Both the position numbers and the translations under genes were made by a program. A stretch of DNA of 64,000 bases from an uncultured Prochlorococcus sp. (GTDB taxonomy: Bacteria; Cyanobacteriota; Cyanobacteriia; PCC-6307; Cyanobiaceae), in NCBI GenBank assembly GCA_902629395.1, contig CACOQT010000002.1, forward strand, positions 20,670-84,669, written 5' to 3'. Shown here piece after piece: positions 44,946 to 53,443 of this stretch. Each line of letters opens with the position of its first letter. The stretch's first letter is position 1. The notes under the pieces were generated by a model. It saw nothing but the letters and a program-made list of their open reading frames with translations, ran no database searches and had not been told where the DNA came from.

Positions 44946-45698
44946 ATGGCTGAAAAGCTAAGTGCAGATAATCCCAAAGGAAAAGGAACCACTAAAAACA
45001 TAATAGAAGATACAGATAATAATCAAATGTCTGAAGAGGAAATCTTCAAGCAAGCCTTAAATTTACATTCACAAGGTAAAATTATAGAAGCTGCAAAGTT
45101 TTATAAGATCTTTTTAGATAAAGGATTCAATAATCCAATAGTCCTTTCTAATTATGGTGTTATTTGCAAAAAACTTAATCAAATACAAGATGCAATAGCT
45201 TTATACCAAAAATCTATTCAGCTATACCCTAGTCATCCTTCAGCCTACTCAAATTTAGGTAATATTTTAAAAGACCAGGGAAAATTCAATCAAGCCGAAG
45301 TCATCATGAGGAAAGCAGTTGAACTTGATCCTGAGTGTTCAAATTCAAATTATAATCTTGGAGCACTTCTTATAGATTTAGACAACCTAGATGAAGCTGA
45401 GTTATTCACACTCAAAGCTATAGATATTAAACCTAATAATGCTGAAGCTTATAAAAACTTAGGACTAATTTTAAAAGCAAGAGGTAATCATAAAGAATCA
45501 GAAAAAGCTCTAAGAAAGTCTATTGAGATTAATCCTGATTCAGCTTATGCACATTACGAATTGAGCAAATTATATGTAGAAAAAGAGAACTTTAAGGAAG
45601 CATTAAATGAAATCAAAAAAGCAATCAAATCTGAGCCAGAAAATCATATCTTTCTTGGAGAGTTAAAACGAATTGAGCTAATACAAGAAATGATCTAA
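44946..45698 (+). CDS. Tetratricopeptide repeat protein (stand-alone, about 6 TPRs)
   Basis: Repeats such as AYSNLGNILKDQGKFNQAE..MRKAVELDP, AYKNLGLILK.RG...E.E..LRKSIEINP; TATAAT -10 box at ~44917. Confidence 0.92.
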   Translation: MAEKLSADNPKGKGTTKNIIEDTDNNQMSEEEIFKQALNLHSQGKIIEAAKFYKIFLDKGFNNPIVLSNYGVICKKLNQIQDAIALYQKSIQLYPSHPSAYSNLGNILKDQGKFNQAEVIMRKAVELDPECSNSNYNLGALLIDLDNLDEAELFTLKAIDIKPNNAEAYKNLGLILKARGNHKESEKALRKSIEINPDSAYAHYELSKLYVEKENFKEALNEIKKAIKSEPENHIFLGELKRIELIQEMI

Positions 45699-45793
45699 TT
45701 ATATTAATTTAATCTTAGGATAAACTATTAGAGTTTAATTAAATACCATCTTTCAAAGGCGATGATATATTGTTAATATGACGAAAGTTCAAA

Positions 45794-46453
45794 ATGCTTT
45801 ACTTAGCCCATAAATTACTTAAAATTGAAGAGGTAAAGAGTCTAAGGAAAAGACTACTTTTATCCCCAGAATGGGTAGATGGTAAGAATACAGCTAAAGG
45901 TCAGGCTAGAGATATCAAGAGGAACTTACAATTAAAACCCAGCAAAGTAAAGGATAGATTTTCGGAAGAGATTATTGAGGCAATAAAAGAAAATGAATTA
46001 ATTGAATCATATGCCTTCCCATCGAAGATTTTTAATATATTATTTTCTCGTGTAGGAGTAGGAATGTATTACGGATCACATGTTGACGCTCCATATATAA
46101 AACAAGGTTTGAGACATTTATCCTTTACAATATTCCTTAACGACCCAAATGAATATAAAGGCGGAGAGTTAATACTTAATATTCCACCAGAAAGAAAAAC
46201 TATAAAATTAAATGCTGGTGAAATTATAATTTATCCAACAACGTATCTGCATGAAGTGAAGGAAGTAACAGAGGGTGAAAGAATGGTTTGTGTCGGCTGG
46301 ATTCAGAGTCAAATAGCTAGAGATGGTGACAGAAGTTCCCTTTTCATGCTTAAAGAGTCTATCAGCCAACTAATAAATACTAAAGGGAATTCACCAATAA
46401 CAGAAAACCTAACTCTTGCATACAACAATATTTATAGACGTTTTATTAGCTAA
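45794..46453 (+). CDS. PKHD-type Fe(II)/2-oxoglutarate-dependent hydroxylase (PiuC/YbiX family)
   Basis: WVDG..TA.G.A..IK.NLQL, YG.HVD (HxD), LSFTIFL.DP.EY.GGEL, YPTTYLHEV.EVT.GER.VCVGWIQS. Confidence 0.9.
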   Translation: MLYLAHKLLKIEEVKSLRKRLLLSPEWVDGKNTAKGQARDIKRNLQLKPSKVKDRFSEEIIEAIKENELIESYAFPSKIFNILFSRVGVGMYYGSHVDAPYIKQGLRHLSFTIFLNDPNEYKGGELILNIPPERKTIKLNAGEIIIYPTTYLHEVKEVTEGERMVCVGWIQSQIARDGDRSSLFMLKESISQLINTKGNSPITENLTLAYNNIYRRFIS

Positions 46454-46505
46454 TAAAAAAAATTATTTAATTAATTAGTAAAAAAAATATATATATAAAG
46501 TAAAA

Positions 46506-47516
46506 TTATTCTTGATCCCATGAATTATTTTTTCTATACGAGGAAAATTTTGGTATTTCCTTCCAATCAGAACTAAATATTCTTGATAAACCAGATTCTT
46601 GAACCAAAACACTTGTTGAAGCTACATGATCATCTACGGGTTTAATACCAAAGAAAGGGATTTCAATGTATCCAACTTCAGTTAATATATTAATACTATT
46701 TCTATACCATTCAGCATTATCATGGAAAATTATTCCTTTAAATTGTTTCGATACTATAAGTTTAGATAACTTAGCTCTGTTCTCTCCAGCATCAATTAAA
46801 ATAACATCAAAATCATTTATATTTACATTTTCTAACGATTCCAAGATTGAATTAACTTTTTTTAAATTTACAGATTGATTGACTTTTTTTAATATTTTCG
46901 AATACCATTCCTGATTAGTTTCATAAGAAGTTATTGATTTAAAAAAACTTGAAAAATATAATGTTGAGCTACCACTACCTAATTCTAAAAGGTTACAGTT
47001 AGACCAAGATTGTGTTTCAAACCAATTAAGAAATGTATTGGTTAAGAGTGGAAAAGGCTTTGAATCAACTTCAAGTATTTCGCCATGCTTTGTATCGAAG
47101 ATGCCTATATTTTGTAGATATCTATAGAAAAAATCCAATTTTCGTTCTGGATTAATCTGATTATGTAAAGCCATTAATTGGTCTTGGCAGTTATTATAAT
47201 TATGTTTTAAGTTATCAAAATATTTTCTTGCCTCATAGATTAGTCCCAATCTTATCAAGGTTTTTATAAGAAATTGAAAGACTTTTATATTATTAGGTTC
47301 TTCTTTAATACAAATTTTCAGAGGCATGAGAGCTTCATCATATTTACCCAAACTGCTTAATATTAAAGCAATATGATAGTTTGCTACTACATTAGTCGGT
47401 TGTTTTTCAAGAATTGCTTTAAAGAAAATAAAACTATCATTTAGCTTACCTTCTTTGTAAGAATTCAATGCCCTATCAAAAGCTTCTTGAATAGATAAAG
47501 TTATTTTATTTTCCAT
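46506..47516 (-). CDS. TPR-domain plus class I SAM-dependent methyltransferase fusion
   Basis: N-terminal TPRs (ANYHIALILSSLGKYDEAL..LK.CIK.EP); C-terminal LLELGSGSSTLYF, SYETNQEWY, FDVILIDAG.NRA, IIFHDNAEWY. Confidence 0.82.
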   Translation of the reverse strand: MENKITLSIQEAFDRALNSYKEGKLNDSFIFFKAILEKQPTNVVANYHIALILSSLGKYDEALMPLKICIKEEPNNIKVFQFLIKTLIRLGLIYEARKYFDNLKHNYNNCQDQLMALHNQINPERKLDFFYRYLQNIGIFDTKHGEILEVDSKPFPLLTNTFLNWFETQSWSNCNLLELGSGSSTLYFSSFFKSITSYETNQEWYSKILKKVNQSVNLKKVNSILESLENVNINDFDVILIDAGENRAKLSKLIVSKQFKGIIFHDNAEWYRNSINILTEVGYIEIPFFGIKPVDDHVASTSVLVQESGLSRIFSSDWKEIPKFSSYRKNNSWDQE

Positions 47517-47902
47517 AAAAAAAACCTTTCAAAATCTTATAGATCCATGATATTCACCAACAATAACAGAGGAGCTTCCTTTTGAGTTTCCAAACAAACT
47601 AAAAAACTTAAATGATTTTTTGTATTCACTTAGTTATTTTTGGTATTTAGAGTTTATACATACCTGTAAAAACCGTGTAATGTTTTCTTCGAAATCTGCC
47701 TTTTTTTATGAACATTTATATTTGATCTTCAAAATAAAATTCCTAGTAATTTCAAAGGATCATTTTTTTAGAATAAGAAATTGCTAAAACTTCATATGTT
47801 AAATTATTAGCAGAGAGAAAGTAATTGAGTGCTTTATATATATCCTGCTTCTAATTTTTATTGACATTAAACTAATTAAATATTAAATCTTATTATTACA
47901 AA

Positions 47903-48034
47903 TTAAAGTTTTAGAATAATTGAGGCAGCAAGGGTAGAAGAATTAAGATCAGCATCAAACTTAAAAAGTGATGCCATAAGTATCGGTTCGGCCAAGAAAT
48001 TTAGAAGTTTTTCTATTGTTGCTCTTTGATTCAT
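47903..48034 (-). CDS. Small hypothetical ORF (43 aa) in islet
   Basis: Hand-translated MNQRATIEKLLNFLAEPILMASLFKFDADLNSSTLAASIILKL; starts 6 nt after the upstream ORF's stop. Confidence 0.3.
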   Translation of the reverse strand: MNQRATIEKLLNFLAEPILMASLFKFDADLNSSTLAASIILKL

Positions 48035-48040
48035 CACAGA

Positions 48041-48178
48041 CTACCAAGATACTTCTCTTTCTTTATGTTTCTCAACCATTAAAGAAATCGCTAACTGAGT
48101 TGCTTTACTAGAAATATTGGTAACAGTTGAAAACGAAAATGCCTCTTTTATTACCTTTTTGAACCACTCTTGGTTCAT
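48041..48178 (-). CDS. Small hypothetical ORF (45 aa) in islet
   Basis: Hand-translated MNQEWFKKVIKEAFSFSTVTNISSKATQLAISLMVEKHKEREVSW; operon-like packing with its neighbours. Confidence 0.35.
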   Translation of the reverse strand: MNQEWFKKVIKEAFSFSTVTNISSKATQLAISLMVEKHKEREVSW

Positions 48179-48456
48179 CCGCTTTACTTAGCAACTAGTC
48201 CGCAAAAACATTTATTAAAAGTTTGCTGCTCGTACAAAAGGTTATTTGGATATTAAATTCCATACAACTCCAAGTACTGCTTTGTTGCATAGACTTTTTC
48301 TATTGCATTTGGCTGGCAGGCACTTTCCGACCACCAGGATAACCTTAGTTAAAAACGAAGGTGGGCTAAAGTCATTCTTTACCAGCACTCTTGTTGGTGA
48401 ATGATCGGCAAATCGCTGACCAGGACGGCATCATACTTGTCATAGTTTGGTTTTTA

Positions 48457-48490
48457 CACTGCATACCAAGTTTAAATTCAGGTCCTAGCA
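48457..48490 (+). repeat. Degenerate direct repeat of the tRNA-Phe 3' half (putative att site)
   Basis: CACTGCATACCAAGTTTAAATTCAGGTCCTAGCA vs CGCCGTGTCCCCAGTTCAAATCTGGGTCCTGGCA (44283-44316): 23/34 identical without gaps, 9 of 11 differences are transitions. Confidence 0.6.
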
Positions 48491-48732
48491 ATAGCAATTA
48501 CACACCTAGAGCTGCTTCTTAATTACTAAAACACCGTCAATTTTGCTTTTCAAGTCTTTTAGTTCACCAAGAGGCTTACATTGAGTAACTATGAATACGA
48601 TGTAAAAATAGAAAATTTGATATAAAAAAAATACCAAATATTACAAAACTGCATAAGAGTTGCTTGTTGCAGCTCAAAAATAAAGGATCATTTCAATCTT
48701 GAGTTAGCATACATTAAATTAATAGTTAAGAG

Positions 48733-48900
48733 ATGATGAACCTTTTGCTTGGAGTTCAAAGTACATTTGATTTATCCAAGGTTGATTTTTCTTCAGGTCT
48801 AGGTATAAATTCACCTGATCTGGCAGGCATAGCATTTTTAATGGTTATTTTTGCAGGAGTTTTAGCCTTGAGACTTGGAACCACTCTAAGAGACTACTAG
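48733..48900 (+). CDS. PsaM-like (photosystem I subunit XII-like) small membrane protein with N-terminal extension
   Basis: Hand-translated MMNLLLGVQSTFDLSKVDFSSGLGINSPDLAGIAFLMVIFAGVLALRLGTTLRDY; the C-terminal AGVLALRLG..L resembles picocyanobacterial PsaM. Confidence 0.65.
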   Translation: MMNLLLGVQSTFDLSKVDFSSGLGINSPDLAGIAFLMVIFAGVLALRLGTTLRDY

Positions 48901-49322
48901 TTTTCAAGAATATAAAAAATCAAATTTCAAATTCTAAGCATAAAGATTATATTTATTTATTAGTGAATGTCTTAATTTATTAAATTATTTATAGAAGTTC
49001 GAAATTCTAATTTCGAATTCTCCGAAAGAAGTTGACTATCAAAATGAAGACAATAAGAAGTAAAACTAAAAGATCGTTAATATCCGGCAAAATCAACAAA
49101 ATATATTATTTTCTATATTAAACAATATTCATAATTTATGTTGATTTTCGTATCATACATCTCAAAACTCATAAGTTGACTTGTAAAAGAGAAATGCTAC
49201 TGCGATACGTTTTATCGATGTCGGTAAAACAACAATAAGCTAGATAAAAAGTTTTTTCATTTTTTATATCCCTCTTAATATCCTAATAGGAGTTAAAATA
49301 AATAGTAATTGATTCCATTCAT

Positions 49323-49553
49323 ATGAATTTAGAAGCTAATAATGAAAGTCAATACAATAATGCTGATAGTTTTGCAATAGCATTTGATGAGGCCTGGAAG
49401 GGTTCTGTTCTAGGAGGAAATAATGATTTAACAATAGATGAGAAGATTTTTATCGCTTTTGAGAAGATTTCAAATCATCCTTTTTTAATTTCAAATCCAA
49501 TTCAATCAAAAAATATTGCTCTCTTCAGAATTAAATTATTAGGACTAGCTTAA
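49323..49553 (+). CDS. Small conserved-looking hypothetical protein
   Basis: 76 aa; Y.NADSFA.AFDEAWK and I.NHPF....P..S..IA.FRIKLL.L blocks. Confidence 0.7.
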   Translation: MNLEANNESQYNNADSFAIAFDEAWKGSVLGGNNDLTIDEKIFIAFEKISNHPFLISNPIQSKNIALFRIKLLGLA

Positions 49554-49584
49554 ATTTGAAAAGTAATAATAATAAGTAAAACAA

Positions 49585-50637
49585 TTAATCTAAAGTGTTA
49601 TTATTAAAGAAATCTAAGTACCATTCAGAAAACAACTTAATACCATTCTCTATAGATATTGTGGGTTTGTATTCCACCCATGAATTAAGCAAGTCCATCC
49701 TTGCAGCAGTAGAAACTACATCTCCTGGTTGCATAGGTTGTAAATTCTTGATGGCTTTCTTTCCTAAATTCTTCTCTAATAGCTCTATAAAATACATTAG
49801 TTGAGTTGGTTTTGAATTGCCGATATTAAAAATCCTGTAAGGAGCAGAAGAAGTTGAAGGGTTAGGGATAAGAGGATTAAAATTATTATCAATACTTGCT
49901 TTCTTGAAACAACAACGAATTATCCCCTCTACCACGTCGTCTATATAGGTAAAATCCCTCTGCATTTTACCGTGATTAAAAACTTGAATTGGCTCATTGT
50001 TTAAAATTGATTTTGCAAAAATCATGGGTGCCATGTCGGGTCTTCCCCATGGTCCATAAACCGTAAAGAATCTAAGCCCAGTTGTTGGCAAGTTATACAA
50101 GTGGCTGTAGGTATGGGCCATTAATTCATTAGATTTCTTAGTCGCGGCATACAAACTAACTGGATGATTTACTGCCTGTTCCTCATAGAAAGGAAGATTT
50201 TTATTGCCACCATAAACAGAACTGCTAGAGGCATAAATTAGATGAGAAATCTTATTCTGCCTGCAACCTTCAAGTACATTCGCAAAACCTACCAAATTAC
50301 TTTGTATGTATGTAGCAGGATTAGTTATTGAATAACGAACACCAGCTTGAGCGGCAAGATGAACAAAAATTTGAGGATTGTATCTATTAATTATGTCTTG
50401 CAATAATTTATTATCTTCTATAGGAATCTCATAAAACAACCACTCTCCATTTTTCATTGACACTTTCTCAATTTCACTTAATCTAGCCCTCTTCAAGGAA
50501 ATAGAATAGTAGTCATTTAAGTTATCAATACCTATAACTTTAAAATCCAAAGTAAGAAGGGCTTTCACCAAGGCGGCACCTATAAAACCTGCGGCACCTG
50601 TCACCATAATTATTTTTAAATTAGCCTTTGAGTTCAT
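49585..50637 (-). CDS. UDP-glucuronate 4-epimerase-like NAD-dependent epimerase
   Basis: VTGAAGFIG, HLAAQAGVRYS, YASSSSVYG, YAATKKSNE, LRFFTVYGPWGRPDMA, RDFTYIDD, MQPGDV. Confidence 0.92.
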   Translation of the reverse strand: MNSKANLKIIMVTGAAGFIGAALVKALLTLDFKVIGIDNLNDYYSISLKRARLSEIEKVSMKNGEWLFYEIPIEDNKLLQDIINRYNPQIFVHLAAQAGVRYSITNPATYIQSNLVGFANVLEGCRQNKISHLIYASSSSVYGGNKNLPFYEEQAVNHPVSLYAATKKSNELMAHTYSHLYNLPTTGLRFFTVYGPWGRPDMAPMIFAKSILNNEPIQVFNHGKMQRDFTYIDDVVEGIIRCCFKKASIDNNFNPLIPNPSTSSAPYRIFNIGNSKPTQLMYFIELLEKNLGKKAIKNLQPMQPGDVVSTAARMDLLNSWVEYKPTISIENGIKLFSEWYLDFFNNNTLD

Positions 50638-50718
50638 AAATTTTCAAGTAAAATAGTATAAAATTTTTATAATCATAGCATCATTCTGATTAGCTTTTAA
50701 AGCAAAAAAACTAATGAC

Positions 50719-51681
50719 TTATTTAAGTTTTTTTTCAAAGGTTAATTTATTTTCAAAATACTCTCTTGTAATTGTTAATCCTTCTTTAAACATTATTTTA
50801 GGTTCCCAATTCAATTCCTTTCTTGCAAGACAGATTGAAGGTTTTCTTCTCAGAGGATCGTCTTCTAGTCCTTTTAAAAATTTCAGATTTACTTTTTCAT
50901 TTGATGTATTTCTAATTAAGTTAGTTATCTCAAGAATAGATAATTCTTCAGGATTTCCTAAATTCATAGGTCCTATATTTGAAGAGTTCATAAATAAAGT
51001 CAAACCATCTATCAAATCTTCAACGAAACAAAAGCTTCTAGTTTGATTACCGCTACCATAGATAGTTAAGTCCTTTCCATGAATTGATTGAACTAAAAGG
51101 TTGCTAATAAGTCTTCCATCATTTAATAACATTCTAGGGCCATATGTATTAAATATTCTGGCGATTCTTATCTCTATACCATGCATTCTCATATAGTCAA
51201 AACATAATGATTCTGCGACACGCTTACCTTCATCGTAGCAACTACGAATTCCTATAGGATTTACGTTACCGTTATATTTTTCAGTCTGGGGGTGTATTTC
51301 GGGATTTCCATAAACTTCACTAGTACTAGCGAACAATATTCGAGCACCAACTCTCCTCGCTAATCCGAGCATATTGTATGTACCCAAAAAACTCGTTTTA
51401 GCTGTTTTAATAGGATTAAATTGATAATGAATTGGAGAAGCTGGACAAGCTAGGTGCCAAATCCTATCAACATCAAGCTCAACGGGCTCTATAACGTCAT
51501 GATATAAAAGCTCAAAAGATGGATCTCCCATCCAATGTTCAATATTTTTTTTGCTCCCAGTAAAAAAATTATCCAAACATATAACTTTCTCTCCAGATTT
51601 CATTAAGCGATCTACCAAATGAGAACCTACAAAACCAGCACCTCCTGTAACCAAGTTTTTTAGAGGAGATGATGGCATCAA
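50719..51681 (-). CDS. UDP-glucuronate decarboxylase (UDP-xylose synthase family)
   Basis: VTGGAGFVGSHL, HLACPASPIHYQ.NP.KT, ASTSEVYG.P..HPQ.E.Y.GNVN..G.RSCYDEGKR, RIFNTYGPRM..NDGR, DDP.RR.P.I. Confidence 0.93.
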   Translation of the reverse strand: MMPSSPLKNLVTGGAGFVGSHLVDRLMKSGEKVICLDNFFTGSKKNIEHWMGDPSFELLYHDVIEPVELDVDRIWHLACPASPIHYQFNPIKTAKTSFLGTYNMLGLARRVGARILFASTSEVYGNPEIHPQTEKYNGNVNPIGIRSCYDEGKRVAESLCFDYMRMHGIEIRIARIFNTYGPRMLLNDGRLISNLLVQSIHGKDLTIYGSGNQTRSFCFVEDLIDGLTLFMNSSNIGPMNLGNPEELSILEITNLIRNTSNEKVNLKFLKGLEDDPLRRKPSICLARKELNWEPKIMFKEGLTITREYFENKLTFEKKLK

Positions 51682-51848
51682 ATTTAACGCTTTAAATTTT
51701 TATTTTAGTATTTTGCCAAAAATCATGAAATTGATAAATTTTGAATCAAGTAAATCTTTATTGATTAACTAAATCAAACAAATTTTAAATATGATAATTA
51801 AATCAGACATCTTCCCAGAGCTTATACTCATTTAGCGAGGAGTTCAAT

Positions 51849-52487
51849 TTGAAAAAAGAAAAATTAAAAAAGTACCTGACAATTGCATTAATCACTGGTG
51901 CTTGCATTTTACTTGTCTTCTTAATTCAGACTTATGGAATCGAACCGTTAAGAAGTGCTGTAAAAGAGATGGGAATTTGGGCACCTCTGGGAATTTTTAT
52001 ACTTCGAGGAATAAGCGTAATACTTCCCGCTTTGCCTAGCTCTGTTTATTCACTTTTAGCTGGATCATTACTTGGTTTCAAAACAGGATATTTAACCATA
52101 TTTGTATCTGACCTAATTTTTTGCCAGTTAGCATTTTTCATAGCCAGAAATTTCGGGCGTGCTCCTGTTCGTAAATTAGTTGGAGTAAAAGCCATGAAAC
52201 GAATTGAAGGCTTTAATCAAAATCAGCTAGAAGGAAATTTTTTTCTAATGACAGGGCTACTAATGACTGGACTTTTTGATTTTTTAAGCTACGCATTGGG
52301 GATAGGGGGGACACGTTGGAGGCTTTTCACGCCCGCTTTAGTAATCAGTTTATTAATAAGTGATTCAATTATTGTTGCTGTTGGAGCAGGCGTGAGCCAG
52401 GGTGCCGGACTAATGCTGGGGGGGGCTTTACTTGGAATGTTTGCACTCGCAACCATTGCTGGATTTAACAAAAATAGAGTCTCTTAA
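51849..52487 (+). CDS. DedA/TVP38 (VTT) family membrane protein
   Basis: G.WAPL..F.LR..SV.LPALP...YSLLAG.LLG...G, F.IARNFGR..V.KLVG, FDFLSY.LG; TTG start. Confidence 0.88.
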   Translation: MKKEKLKKYLTIALITGACILLVFLIQTYGIEPLRSAVKEMGIWAPLGIFILRGISVILPALPSSVYSLLAGSLLGFKTGYLTIFVSDLIFCQLAFFIARNFGRAPVRKLVGVKAMKRIEGFNQNQLEGNFFLMTGLLMTGLFDFLSYALGIGGTRWRLFTPALVISLLISDSIIVAVGAGVSQGAGLMLGGALLGMFALATIAGFNKNRVS

Positions 52488-52612
52488 ACTCAAGCGAAAA
52501 AGCATAAATTCGAAGCAACTATTAAGAAATCAACTAAATAGATAACTAAAAAGGGAAATTATTATATACATTCTCTTTATATTGATAAAATAAGTTAGTT
52601 ATAAATATTGAT

Positions 52613-53404
52613 ATGTCAAGTATTCCTTTTAAAGCACTAAAAATAGGGGCAGAATCTATCAATAAAAATCCAATTAAGTATAATAAAAGCAGAATATCTG
52701 GAAGTAAAGAAATATCTTATGAATTACATCAAAGAGGAGCATCAATGCCAGGAGCAAAAGAGAAATTCACCGTCACATCAAGAACCAAACCTCAACAGTT
52801 TGAACACTTAATTCATAATAAAATCATGAGTAGTTATAGAAGGGAAAAAATTGAAAGTTATAACTTCAAAATACAAACTAAAGAAAATGTTGGATTAAAT
52901 GTATTTCAAACCAATGAATTTGTGCCTAATGATGATGATGCATTAAGTCAAGCAATCAACGCATTATATAAAAACATCTTTGGTAACTTATCCCTGATGC
53001 AATCAGAGCGCCCAACTGATATTGAAAGGAGACTGAGGAATGGTGATATCACAGTAAGGGAATTTACAAGAAAACTTTGTAAATCGACAACATACAGAAA
53101 GTTCTACTTTGATAGTATTAGCCAATATAAATCTATCAAGTTAAGATACAAGCATATTCTTGGTAGGCCCATCAAAAGTCAAACCGAAGTGCAGCAAAGT
53201 TCTAATATTTTAAATAATCTAGGTTTTAAAGCTCATATTGATTTTCTAATAGACTCTGATGAATATATTAATGTTTTCGGCGAAGATATAGTTCCTTACA
53301 TAAGGTCATGGAATTCACCCATAGGTTTTAAAACAAAAAGTTTTCTAGAAACTTCATCTATGACAAAAGCTTTTGCTACAAGTGATATTTGTAGCATCAC
53401 ATAA
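52613..53404 (+). CDS. ppeC: Phycoerythrin-associated linker polypeptide (PpeC/gamma-type)
   Basis: PBS-linker domain: AI.ALYK.IFGN..LM.SER...IE..LRNG.ITVREF.R.L.KS..Y, YKHILGR, IDSDEY..VFGEDIVPY.R. Confidence 0.85.
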   Translation: MSSIPFKALKIGAESINKNPIKYNKSRISGSKEISYELHQRGASMPGAKEKFTVTSRTKPQQFEHLIHNKIMSSYRREKIESYNFKIQTKENVGLNVFQTNEFVPNDDDALSQAINALYKNIFGNLSLMQSERPTDIERRLRNGDITVREFTRKLCKSTTYRKFYFDSISQYKSIKLRYKHILGRPIKSQTEVQQSSNILNNLGFKAHIDFLIDSDEYINVFGEDIVPYIRSWNSPIGFKTKSFLETSSMTKAFATSDICSIT

Positions 53405-53443
53405 TTGTAAAAAAATAAATTAATTTTAACTTAAATAAAATAT

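Larger units (their letters stand above)
44317..48490. mobile_element. Putative decayed tRNA-Phe-integrated element / genomic islet (no integrase left)
   Basis: Bounded by the tRNA-Phe 3' end (44283-44316) and a degenerate direct repeat of it (48457-48490); accessory cargo and broken small ORFs inside. Confidence 0.55.
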
